The notes under the pieces were generated by a model, which was given only the letters and a program-made list of their open reading frames with translations, was not told the DNA's origin and made no database searches. The translations under genes were made by a program, and so were the position numbers. A stretch of DNA of 63,348 bases, filler included, from Octopus bimaculoides (Eukaryota), in assembly GCF_001194135.2 (NCBI RefSeq). It is 5 parts of 4 records of this genome, joined end to end, with 100 filler letters (N's around TTAATTAATTAA, not from the genome) between each part and the next. Parts side by side here need not be neighbours in the genome. Positions count along the whole stretch, not along the records: positions 30,070 to 57,600 come from NC_068986.1; 4 more parts are not named here. The stretch is one strand, 5' to 3'. Shown in pieces: positions 31,078 through 43,338 of this stretch. Numbering within the stretch: the first letter of the stretch is position 1; the number at the start of each line of letters is the position of its first letter.

Positions 31078-31714
31078 ATGTATGTATATGTGCACATTAT
31101 TTATAAATATTTATATGTATGTATGTATCATACGTTGGTTAAATTATTATGCTATTAATTATGCAAAAAATATATTATAAAGGTTTATTATATCAACAGC
31201 GTCTGATAAATGTAGATTTCACTGAATGATATCATTGATATATTTTTTATGCAAATGACATCCATTTTCAATGATTTATTTTGTAGTAACTATGTGCCTC
31301 TTTATTTACATCTAATTACAATAATATATTTTGAGTGAATATATGTTCAATATACTTCTGACAATAATTACCATCAGTTATGACCTCTACTAATATTTTT
31401 TTTCTAACAGTATCTGTTCAATATACAGAAACACGTTCAGCAGTAACTTTTCATTAAAATGAAATTATGTTCTTTTTCAGTATCATCATTTTTTAATAAT
31501 ATATATTTTCTTTAATAAAAGTATAGTCAGCACCGGATTTTTGTGTTTCTGTATGGAGCACCAGCCGTTGATGCACTTATAAGTCAGCATCAAAAATATG
31601 TTGTGTAACAAAGGTTAAATTCAACATTTTCAACTATATTTTATTTCAGAAACTCTATAGAAGAAAGGGTTCTATTTTAATTCCGTATGATGCAATATTT
31701 AATGAGGTATTTTA

Positions 31715-32776
31715 TCATTTTACCGTGCTATTAATCTGATTTGTTTGAGATTCTAGCTTCCATTTATTCGAACACCACATTGGACACCAAGTACAGTCCC
31801 TCAGAAACATTTTAACGAAAGTATCTCGAAATACTTTGCTCATAGTACAGTAGAGTACAAAATTACATGCTGAGTTGATTGCCAATAGAGTGTCAGTTAT
31901 TTCTCTGATTCCTCTAACTAAGTTTGTTTCATCGTAATAGCCAAATCCAAATACTGTCGACATGATAGCATCTGGAGTAATGCAAATAATAAATACTATC
32001 ACGACAACGATTAACATTAAAGTAATACGGTTTCTTGAGGACAATTTCTTACCTGGGACACGTGATTTTCTTAACTCGTGGACAATTCGAGCATTCAAGA
32101 AAACTAATATAAGCAAAGGTAAAAGTGTTCTCAAGCAATTTTGTACCCATGTATAAGGAGTCATAAATGCATCATTTCGACCCAAATCAGTTAGTTCTAC
32201 ATCATGGTATGAGTCATTAGTATTAGGTCGTAGCCGTATAACAGTTTTATATCGAAGGGCTGACGGAAGCGAGAATATTATCATAAATATAAATACAAAA
32301 GTGCTCACAATGCGAGCTCTAAAAACTGTACACATCTCTTTGGCTCTTGTTGGATGGCATATAGAAATATAACGTTCAAATGCAACTGATACTGTTAGCC
32401 ATCCTGTTATGCAGAGAGATAGGTTAAATAAATAGTGGGCGTATGGATAAAGTCTTGAAAGGGATTCATCACCTTTATCAGGATTCCATGTCTTAATGAG
32501 CAAAACAATGAAATACAACGTGTCATTGATCAATTTTATCAGATCTCCAACAGCAAGTGCTGAGAGATAGACGTTAGTTGATGTAGCTAAATCTTTGTGA
32601 GAGAGAACGACCAATGTAAGTATATTGCCAGTTATGCCGAAAACGCAAGTGATTGGGTAAACAATAAGTCCAGTAATGTATTGAGCCATATGATAAAATT
32701 CTTCATGGTTAGTATCAGTGCTGTTTGGTAGATGTTTAATAAAACTGGACTCTAATGTTGAAGTCACAACCTCCAT
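31715..32776 (-). CDS. Class A (rhodopsin-like) peptide-type GPCR, FMRFamide/myosuppressin/sex-peptide-receptor-like, 353 aa, single coding exon
   Basis: Seven hydrophobic segments with GN (TM1: GITGNIL), LA.GD (TM2), ERY (TM3), P in TM5, CITP (TM6) and NS..NF.LY (TM7). N-terminal N-glycosylation sequon (NST). A splice acceptor (TTTTATTTTCAG) 29 nt upstream of the ATG implies non-coding upstream exon(s). Confidence 0.95.
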   Translation of the reverse strand: MEVVTSTLESSFIKHLPNSTDTNHEEFYHMAQYITGLIVYPITCVFGITGNILTLVVLSHKDLATSTNVYLSALAVGDLIKLINDTLYFIVLLIKTWNPDKGDESLSRLYPYAHYLFNLSLCITGWLTVSVAFERYISICHPTRAKEMCTVFRARIVSTFVFIFMIIFSLPSALRYKTVIRLRPNTNDSYHDVELTDLGRNDAFMTPYTWVQNCLRTLLPLLILVFLNARIVHELRKSRVPGKKLSSRNRITLMLIVVVIVFIICITPDAIMSTVFGFGYYDETNLVRGIREITDTLLAINSACNFVLYCTMSKVFRDTFVKMFLRDCTWCPMWCSNKWKLESQTNQINSTVK

Positions 32777-34414
32777 GCTTTTTACTTCAAGTACCAGATT
32801 TTTTCCTGAAAATAAATATAGAGACTTTTTAGCTACGAAAACATATGGTACACAGAAATCGATTCGATTGCTTAAAATGTTGCTACAGCATTTGAAAAGG
32901 ATTAAATTGTCATGGTAACTACATATAAGTATTTTTTCCTACTTCTTGTATGAAAACCCACTTTTTTATAAAATAAAATAAAATTTTTTTTTTAATTTTC
33001 TCATGTTTACTATATTTATATTAAAAAAATGTAATAACTATAAGGAACAATCAAGCCTGAAATGAAATATTTGTATTTTGCAGAATCGGTAAATCCTACA
33101 CCCGAAGAGATTTTCAAAATATAGACGAATGATTTATAATATGTGGAATCATTGCCACATGGACAAATAGAAAGAGGATAATATGCAAAGCGTTGACAAA
33201 TAGTATAAAAATATACTAGTGTCGCATTTTAGAAAAATATACTAACAGTTACAAGCTCAGAGATAAAGATTTAAAATCGATTATGCAGATTTATATTAAA
33301 TCTTATGCTAAAAACATTAGCTCCTAACATAGGTGCAACGCTTTAATTTTAAATATGTAGTGGATTTTAGAACTGACGTGTTTTTTCTACCCAGTTAAAA
33401 AACATTAATAGGATATAGAGTCTGACAAACAGCACAAAGATTTATTTAAATGTGTAGGCAGACTATTACCCGACTTAAACTCGGGTAAATATGAATCGTC
33501 GTAAATTTATATTGCATGGTGATACGCAAAGAAAACAATGACACAATGACGGAGAACGTGGTATGTGGGGTAAAAAGTTAAACTTCCCAAACATATTGTG
33601 ACAAAGCGTTCCGGGTCCACGACTAGATTTATACTTACATTTGAGATTTCGTGCATACTTTGCAAAGTTTGCATTTGCAGAAAAGTCTCAGCAGTATTAG
33701 TAAAACACTATTATTAATCTCCCCATTATTAGTATAACAGATCACAGAATTAAGCTCAATAAAAAAGAACGTTGCAGTTTCTATAAATTAGGGAATTTTA
33801 TCCAACTAGCCCAAACAACATTTTGCAAACACCAGAGTTATAAATATTTTCTCGTCTAAGCATGTCCGCTGTCTGAGCATGAACGCTTGTATGGAGACAT
33901 ATATTTTCATAAGGCACATTTATATTGAGTTGTATATCTTAAAACAGGTGATTGATTGCCAAACACGCCTATGGGTACAATTATTTTGCCTTGGATTAAA
34001 TATTTAGATTTCTAAGTGCAGAATTATAAAACTTGAATAAATTTTACAGCTACGCTTTTATACAGTTTTCGTATTTCGTTAGTCGTTTGAGAGGTTTATC
34101 ACGCAGGTTATTTAAATTTATATCAAGATACTATGGCATACCTTCAGAGATTTTCCTTTGTTTGTACTTTCATATTTCAGTAAATGTCGTTCAAAAGATG
34201 TACATGGCTTTTCTTGTAACCACACAGAGTTTAGAACGCCTTTGTACTTCTCAAAGTTGTAATCTGTAAAGGTGAAACATTATATGTATGTTATATATGC
34301 AGCGGAAGATATTTCTTTTTGTAAATCATTGCGTTGTGGTAATAACAAAATCAAAGTAATTTAATAGTAACACAAAAGAAAATTCAATATTAATTTCATA
34401 ATGGTATTTAGGAA

Positions 34415-34526
<112 letters not shown>

Positions 34527-37243
34527 CGTGTGTGATTCCCCCGGGTGATTTGGTCAATATGAGGTCCTGCATTATCTCGCAATATTTATACACTACTTGC
34601 AATTAACGGCAGTACTTCTCCGTATTAGCTGCTTCGATTGGTTTTAACACGTCATAATAGACGACACTCTTCATACTCCACCAAACACAGAGTGTAACTT
34701 TTGAGGGTGTAGTCCCTGTTTTGAGAAAAATTAACATTTTTTATTGGCTGCTAACTATTGTCGTTTTCCTTGGATATGATTATAGAGAATCTATTCACCA
34801 TTACTTGTGATTATTTCTACCCACGAAATGTTAAGTAGCAAGTTTTCCTTTCAATAACATGTAGAGTGCTACTCCTTGATTACGCTTAGAAACAGTCAGA
34901 GGATGAGCGGCTTAATGGATCAAATTAGATGCTTTTCTTAGTTCATGAAGGTGTCTTATGATCTGAATGGGACTTTCACTCCTTTCCTATTCTCGTGCAT
35001 TTTGATTTCCATTTTCATCAACTAGGGTTTTTAAAGCCCAATATCGAGAAAAAATGTCATCTAGATCGAGGCGAATATGCGAGAGAAAAATTTACCGAGC
35101 GAAACCGACCAAACGTTGACATATCAGATCAATGAAAGCTTCATTTCCATAGACAACACGAATATTTCTTGCTGTATTCTTTGATGAAGAGCACCGTTTA
35201 TACTCATGCATTATGCAGTGTCGGAAATGGATTTGACTCGTTTTAAGTGTAAAATTGATACAGGTTTAACCACTATATTTTAACCACCATGTATTAGGAT
35301 ATGAAAATTTAATGCACGTTTTACTGTGAGTGTTGAAAAAGTATTATAAAAGTAACCTCGACCAAAATTTCTAAACTAATATATTTACGAATAACTTTTA
35401 TTAATTTTGATGATTTTCTTTTTCTGTCTGCTCCAGTTTGGTCTCATCATGCAATATATGGAGATTCCATCTGAATAGATGTATTTGTTTTCGACCTCGA
35501 TTTCACGAAAACCTATAATTTGTTGGGCATACTCATCATAATGTGTAAGACCGAAATTACTACTTTCAAACTGAAATAGTTGACTGTGATAAATATTTCA
35601 TCGTTGTAATGTGACGCAACGTATGTACGTGCTACACAGTATCAGTTGTACTAAATATCTATTTAAAAAGATATAGAGATCATTTGCCCGCTGAAATATT
35701 GTTCACAGAGTAAACGATCAAATGTATTTTAACAAAGATAAAAAATACACTTTTACAAAGATAATGGAATTAATTGCAAAAGGCTGGAACTTGTAGACTG
35801 ACAATCGCTAAACGTTCAACATGCTTATGTTATATCTAGCTGGACATCTTATAATAAAGATATTTAAAGACAGCCGATTTTAGTTCATTATAGTCATTAA
35901 TTCTTTTTTTATTATACTTAACCTACTGTTTTTGTGAGAGAGTTTAACAACTTAAGTATAAACGGTAGTAACGACTAAATCTCCCGCAGTACATACCTAA
36001 GGTCTTAATGAAGAAAGGGTGCAGTAGGTAATGTGAGGCACAAAAATAAACGTATAGTTCTTATATGTATATCTACGACGTAGAACTGAATAGTTCGCGT
36101 GATTCATGTATATCTGAGTACCGCATAGAATGGAGTCGCTTCTATGACTCTTGCATATCTATCTATCACACTGAAAGGAATAACTTCTGTGATTCCTGTA
36201 TGTCTGTCACCAAAATAGAATAGCCTCTGTGATACATGCATGTCCATCTACTACTTAGAATATTTCCAGTTTTGTTTTACATGAGTTGACTCTAAGTCTC
36301 TCTACAACAAACTACAAAGAAATAGTACACTTTAGAACATCACAGAACACACGCAGACGGTATCAACAGTTCACTTATGCAAAGACATTTTTAAAAATAC
36401 ACAAATTTTAACGCTAACTTTGTATGCAATATGGATATAATTTGTTACTAAAACATACTCCACCCTTCATTGTCCAAACACAACATATGTCTTAAATTAT
36501 TAACTGTAAATCTTCAGAGTTTTGTGCGTTGATATGTATCAAACATAATAAATGTAATTTTATAGACGAGAGAGAGAGAGAGGTGGGGCAGAGTAATATA
36601 AATGCTGCGAAATTGCTGAAGTTCTATATCAAGGCTATTACCAAAGAGATATGGGGAGGCAGACTAGATGAAATGCGGGGTCTGAATGAAAAAATACATC
36701 ACAATATTTAGTTACGAAGTTTTACGTCCTAAGTTGAAATACCTCTGAGGTACTCTTTGCATTTCATTCCTCAAGGCCGATAAAATAAGTACCAGGTAAA
36801 AATCGAGTTCAATCTAACCAACTGTTTCTTACTCCAAAATATGTGACCTTGTAATATTTTGGAAATCAGTTATCGAAGATGTTTGCATTAAAATATTTTC
36901 ATTTTACAACGAAACATTCTGTATTAATGCGCATCAAACAACGAGCAGTGATTGAACGGCGTCTCGATTTTCTGCAGCAGTCCTAGGCTACATTTGTAGC
37001 CAAAACTACTCACATTACCAAGCTGCAAGCAAATATCATAATTTGGACTGTTTCACTATTTTACACTGATAAAACTTAATAATTGACGATTTTCTTGATT
37101 TTTCCCTATGAAGTTGTTAAGAAAAGTTGTTTGTTTTTAATTTTCTTAACGTTAAATATAAATTGATTATTAGCCCTTTCATGATTGACATATCTTGCTA
37201 CTATTCTCTTGTATAATATTCACCAATTTATATATATGTATAT

Positions 37244-37321
<78 letters not shown>

Positions 37322-39362
37322 TTCTAATATAATTTCCAAATTTTGTATTCCCTATGGTATGGAGTACTTTTGTAAATCTTCAATATATTCTAAATCTTAT
37401 GTTAAATAATAATATTTCCATCTACCTAAGATATTGATTTCATGTGTCATATACTGAAAGTGGTTTCAAACCAAAAGCATATTTGTAACTTCTATATCGT
37501 CTGATTAAGAATGAGATAATGGAACACTGGTTAAAACTGTGAGGAGCAGTGAAAGAAAATCCATTAGAATTCAATTTATTCTGAAAACTAGCAGAATAAT
37601 TTTAAGTGGCACTGTTGAAATTCTTTCACTTGTTCATATTTTCGTCTTGAATTACAACTTGAAGAATTTGTTCTGTATGTACAGAAAAAAGTGTTACCTC
37701 TTGACACTTAAATTCATATTTTCTTAGGGATGAACTTAAATGTTTCAATTTATTTAGTACAGCACTTTACTGTTTCTGTCAAATCAGAGTTCTTTTATTA
37801 TTATAAACATTTCAATTTTGAGAATGAGTAACTTGCAAAAATTTAAAAAATCTCATGCGTTGCTACACGTATTATAATGTTTGTGTGTGTGCGTGTGCGT
37901 GTCTGTATGAGAATTGTAGTTTATAGTCAGATTTTAATATGGTTCAATATGATTGGTTGAAAAATATCTACTCCTAGTAAAACGCAATTCACAAACATTT
38001 GCTCTTTAAGAAGTAAATATTCGTAAGGCCTGTAAATCGAGAAAATATTTATTGCTCGTTATTTATCGCATTTTATTAGATACGTGGAAAATTAATGGAG
38101 GTATATATTGAGCAAAATAGTGAGAGAGAGAGAGAAGAGGAGGGAGAGATAGAGAGAGAGAAAGAGATAGACAGATCAAGAAAGAGAGAAGAAACAACAA
38201 AACAAAATGAAAGAAGGATGAACAACGTGAATTCGCCATATCAGAGCACAGAGATTGCTTTAGGCATGGATTTCACATAATGTGCACTCTGATGTTTCAT
38301 GACATTAAAGCATATCGATTTGTTTATTTAGTTTGTTGTATGTTTTCCCCGAAAATATCTCATTATTCAGGCTGGTTGTTTATTCTAAACGGCCTGCTTT
38401 TCTTACAATGAGGTAATGTTTTTCGTTATCTAATTTATACTAAATATATACATATGTATGTATGTATATAGAATAGTGCAGCTCCGTCTTAACGTACTTT
38501 CAATTACAGGCATAATGTTTTGTTATTTCCTCTTATTTTTGCTTATTTTATAAGGCATTCCATAACAAATTGTCGTTAAATTGTTCTTGTAGTGAAAATT
38601 GTTATTAATTTTCAAAATTATTTACTTAGAAATGTTTTGATAAGATTTCGTTAATAAAAGTTCTGAATATTAACGGCAATTTTCGCTTGCAAAAAATGCT
38701 TCGAGAAACCTGTATCACATAAACTTTGATGCGACAAACTTGTACATTTATAAGGTTATCTATGCTTGGTATATGAAATTAAATTTAATCAAACATTCTA
38801 GCTTATCTAACGTGTTGGGAAAAATAGTAAAGGAGTGATTCTTTATTTTTTTATTTTTTTCTATCATACTGCTAACAACATTGTGATATAACGCTATTTT
38901 TGTGATTTTTGTTTTTCCATTTTTTCTTCAACCGGATAATCGTTTGATGTGAACTACACTTTAAACTATAATCCAAGCACTAAATGTAAAATGAAACATC
39001 ATTTATGTTATCGTAAGATGTGCACATGCAATTACTGATGTGACAGAAGTATTCAATAAGTGTTAAATTTTATCGAAGTTGTAGGAAAATCAGGGTTGAT
39101 ACAAATCTTTATTCTTTTATTTCTATACTTAAACTTGTTCTTGGAATGGCACTGGTTCACTTCATTAGAAAGAAAACTAACGTAATACTTCAAAGTCAAA
39201 CAGACGTGGAGTTAAACTTACATAACTACATGAATATTGTCATAAATAGATCTGTATAATAAATTATTGATTTCTTACATTTATATATGATTCAAATTTG
39301 TGGATTCACTTGAGTCATGTGCAGCATATGACTGGTATGCGCAAATACACACACACACACAC

Positions 39363-39407
<45 letters not shown>

Positions 39408-41025
39408 NNNNNNNNNNNNNNNNNNNNNNNNNNNNNNNNNNNNNNNNNNNNNNNNNNNNNNNNNNNNNNNNNNNNNNNNNNNNNNNNNNNNNNNNNNNNN
39501 NNNNNNNNNNNNNNNNNNNNNNNNNNNNNNNNNNNNNNNNNNNNNNNNNNNNNNNNNNNNNNNNNNNNNNNNNNNNNNNNNNNNNNNNNNNNNNNNNNNN
39601 NNNNNNNNNNNNNNNNNNNNNNNNNNNNNNNNNNNNNNNNNNNNNNNNNNNNNNNNNNNNNNNNNNNNNNNNNNNNNNNNNNNNNNNNNNNNNNNNNNNN
39701 NNNNNNNNNNNNNNNNNNNNNNNNNNNNNNNNNNNNNNNNNNNNNNNNNNNNNNNNNNNNNNNNNNNNNNNNNNNNNNNNNNNNNNNNNNNNNNNNNNNN
39801 NNNNNNNNNNNNNNNNNNNNNNNNNNNNNNNNNNNNNNNNNNNNNNNNNNNNNNNNNNNNNNNNNNNNNNNNNNNNNNNNNNNNNNNNNNNNGTGTGTCT
39901 ATCTGACTGTTTGTCCACCACTTGACAATCGGTGTTTGTATTTCTTTATCCGAGTGGTTTCAAATAAGAACCCGGCAGACTAAGTACGAGACTTAACAAA
40001 AAAATTTACAGGGTCGACTTGTTCGTCTAAACTCTTCAATGAGGAGCCCCACCATAGCCGCAGTCTAATGGCTGAATCAGGTAAAGAATGAACGATAAAA
40101 AATAAAAGATGTGTGAAGAAATACGAACTTAAGATCCATTTAAATATGGTTGAGAAATATTCTCTCCACAAGAAAATGCAGTGAAAATCCTTTACAGGTT
40201 CAATTAACTACATATTTAAATTGGGGATCTAAAGTTTATGTAGTTTTTGTTACTGCTTGCGGTCATTGTGTGCAATCAGTATATGTAATTTACTGATTTA
40301 CGATAAGGGAAGCTTTGCTTCGTAATCAACTTAGAGTTACCTCTCTTGATATCTAGTGCTGAGGTGAAAAAATAACTTCGATTTGTATCTATCAGTCTAA
40401 AAGAGGGCACTGTGATCTGACGATGGAGTTTTAACATCCTTTCTTTTCTATTTTTGTAAAAAGAGGCAAATTGTTTTCGCCACAACAAACTATAGGCTCA
40501 AATATCTGGCAAACGTCTTTTAATTTCACTTAAGTCTGTATAAATAAAAAAAAAACATGCTTAATAAAGGTAAATGCATAAATATTTATATAAAATAAAT
40601 GGTATAATAAAATGCAATAATTATGGCAAGATATTTTTTAAAAATCTAAATGTCTATTTGTGTTCAGTAGAGTAGTCCGACTTTCTCTATTAAGCAACCT
40701 CTCTATTTTCTTCATGTATTGTTTATAGTCGAAGATTCCAGACTCTTCCATGAAGAGTTTTTAATTTATAGCGAACGGATAAGACCCCAAAACGTATAGG
40801 TTGTTGACGTATAATGTAATGTCTGCCATTTTTATGCTGTTTAAGATACAACAAATTTTATTTCGAATCTATACTTACCGCTAATTGCTGGTACGTGTAG
40901 ATGTTGAGTATAGAAGCATTTAGAAATAATAGCTAGTCGTAACTTAGCAAGTCTCCACTTACTCAATATTGAAGGTGAAGATGAGGACATAAAACCAATA
41001 AAGAAAGATAATCATCAAAGATGAG

Positions 41026-41990
41026 ATGAAAAAGAAATACTTACAAATCGACTACCAAAAGGCTTTTGATATTGTTCCTTACAAGTGGATTCTCGAAACA
41101 CTAGCCATAAACAAGTTAGCACCAATAATTATAAAATACATAAGACACTCTATGAATAAATGGCAGACAGTGCTACAGCTGCTACAGCTCCGAACAAAAG
41201 AGGGACTCGTGAAAATCAAAGCCATCCCCATAAGAAGAGGAATATTCCAGAGAGACACGCTCTCTCCACTCCTGTTCTGCTTGGTATTGACACCTTTATC
41301 TCAATTGCTAAATAGAACTGGATGCGGATACATATGTTACGGCAAAACAATCGGCCACTGCAGAATATATGGATGACCTAAAACTATACGCTACAAATGA
41401 TAAACAGCTGGAAACACTACTACAGACAGTACATGGATTTACCAAAGAAATAGATATGAAATTTAGAAATTTGAGATATGAAATTTGGTTCAGTCCCACT
41501 GCGTGGCACCTTGGGCAAGTGTCTTCTACTATAGCCTCGGGCCGACCAAAGTCTTGTGAGTGGATTTGGTAGACAGAAACTGAAAGAAGCCCGTCGTATA
41601 TATCTATATATATATATATATATGTGTGTGTTTGTGTGTCTGTGTTTGTCCTCCCTCCATCGCTTGACAACCAATGCTGGTGTGTTTACGTCCCCGTAAC
41701 TTAGCGGTTCGGCAAAAAGAGACATATAGAATAAGTACTAGGCTTACAAAGAATAAGTCCAGCATGGCCGCAGTCAAATGACTGAAACAAGTAAAAGAGT
41801 AAAAGAGTAGAAAAATGTGCCAAAGCAACCCTGAAAAGAGGAAAACTAGTTAAGAGTAGCAACATCACACTAGATAAAGCCAATGAAATCAGAGAATTAG
41901 ACCAATGCCAGACATACAAATATTTAGGAATCAATGAGCTAGATATAACACACACAAATGAAAGAGAAAATAAAGAAAGAATGCTATAGA
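41026..41990 (+). mobile_element. Degenerate non-LTR retrotransposon reverse-transcriptase fragment (R4/Dong-like by motif), interrupted by a SINE at 41487-41807
   Basis: IDYQKAFDIVP, RRGIFQRDTLSPLLFCL, a frameshift, YMDDLKLYA, DMKF; after the SINE, EKCAKATLKRGKL...YKYLGINE. Confidence 0.85.
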
Positions 41991-42625
41991 CACATATCAG
42001 TATTCATAATTGTAATGACGAGATGAAAACTGTAATGCCATCAAACATCCATTTCAAACTTGTTTGAGTATGGGCCAAGAACTACGTCATATGTTAAAAC
42101 GAAAATGTATGTATACTGTTAAACATCTTTGTGTTATCTGACGCAGATTTTGAACAAATACTTGCCAATTTCGTGGAAAGGATTTTTGCGTTTACATGGA
42201 CGTAGTTACGTTCCGTCAACTGAGCCAAAACATATGGAGTAAGGTAGAAAAAGGTATGAAAAGCAGATACAGATCGTATCTCATACATCTGCCCACCGGT
42301 CTATGCGAACATACATGGCTCATGCAGGAGATATAGGCTGGATTGTCACCAACTTTCAGTTTACCTTTTCAGTATAGCATCGTGCGGCGCATAAATTATA
42401 AACTACTATTTACATTCAGAATGTGATGACAACTGGGCTGAAGCAAAGGCAAGAGTAATCGCTGTATCCACAGTACTACCTGCATGAGATAGAGAGGAAC
42501 AGACATAGCGACGGAAATTTTGGTGGAGCCTCCTCTTGCTCAAGAGTGTCCGAAATCTCCAAGTAGTAGGTAGTTCCACCCGTCATTCCGCGGTAATGAG
42601 CAAGAGATAGACTCTGGAGAAAACA

Positions 42626-43338
42626 ATGGAAACCGTCGAAATCGGTGACAAAGGAATGGCAGAAGGTAAGTAATTGTAAACCCTCTTACAAGTTTTCATT
42701 TTACATTAACTTCACGGTCTGATTTAACAACTACAACTTAATGGGACTCATAAAGAGACTAAAAAGGAAACTGAAAAAAAAAAGCATTGTGTTGATAAAG
42801 AAAGAGACAAACGTGGAATGATATTGTAGGATTTCCCACGGTTCGACTAAAACTAGGTATGCTCGCGAGCCATTTAGTAAGTTCCAGTTGCAGTAAGTTT
42901 GGGTTGTTATTCTTTGTTTCGAATATAAATTTTTCACTTGTTATAATGTACTATATTGTGATTTTATCTCACTATTTACACCCGCATGTCAGTTATTTTG
43001 TATACGGTATTTAGTGTATGTTAGAACCTTTGTGACCATGACAGCAAACATTTTTTTTCTTTTTTCAGTCGACTTATCTTTATTAGGAATTGCAAAACTG
43101 GGAGTAGCCCTGTATATCATAGGTATATGCAGTGATTGTACTGGTTCTATAGTATCGAACCTACGACACGTGATACGCGTATAGTACTTTGAAGTACTGT
43201 TTTGAGTACGCTGTATATAGGTGAAGCCCCTGTTACATTGGTAATTCATTTTCTTTTTCTTCCATTACAGCTTACCGATTTCAATCTCGAAATTTCGGCT
43301 ATCCAGTATTATTATTATTTTTGCTATACTTGTGTTGA
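42626..43338 (+). CDS. Candidate three-exon micro-gene, 53-aa hydrophobic peptide; exons 42626-42665, 43069-43122, 43271-43338
   Basis: ATG in AAAACAATGG context with an in-frame upstream stop. Donors AAG|GTAAGT and TAG|GTATAT; long polypyrimidine acceptors ending at 43068 and 43270; both introns phase 1. AATAAA at 43341. Product: METVEIGDKGMAEVDLSLLGIAKLGVALYIIAYRFQSRNFGYPVLLLFLLYLC. No homology recognised. Confidence 0.4.

Noticed and set aside
38371-38412. 42-nt AG...GT candidate exon on the + strand
   Set aside because: It is short, has no linkable partner or homology, and such signal pairs arise by chance in AT-rich introns.
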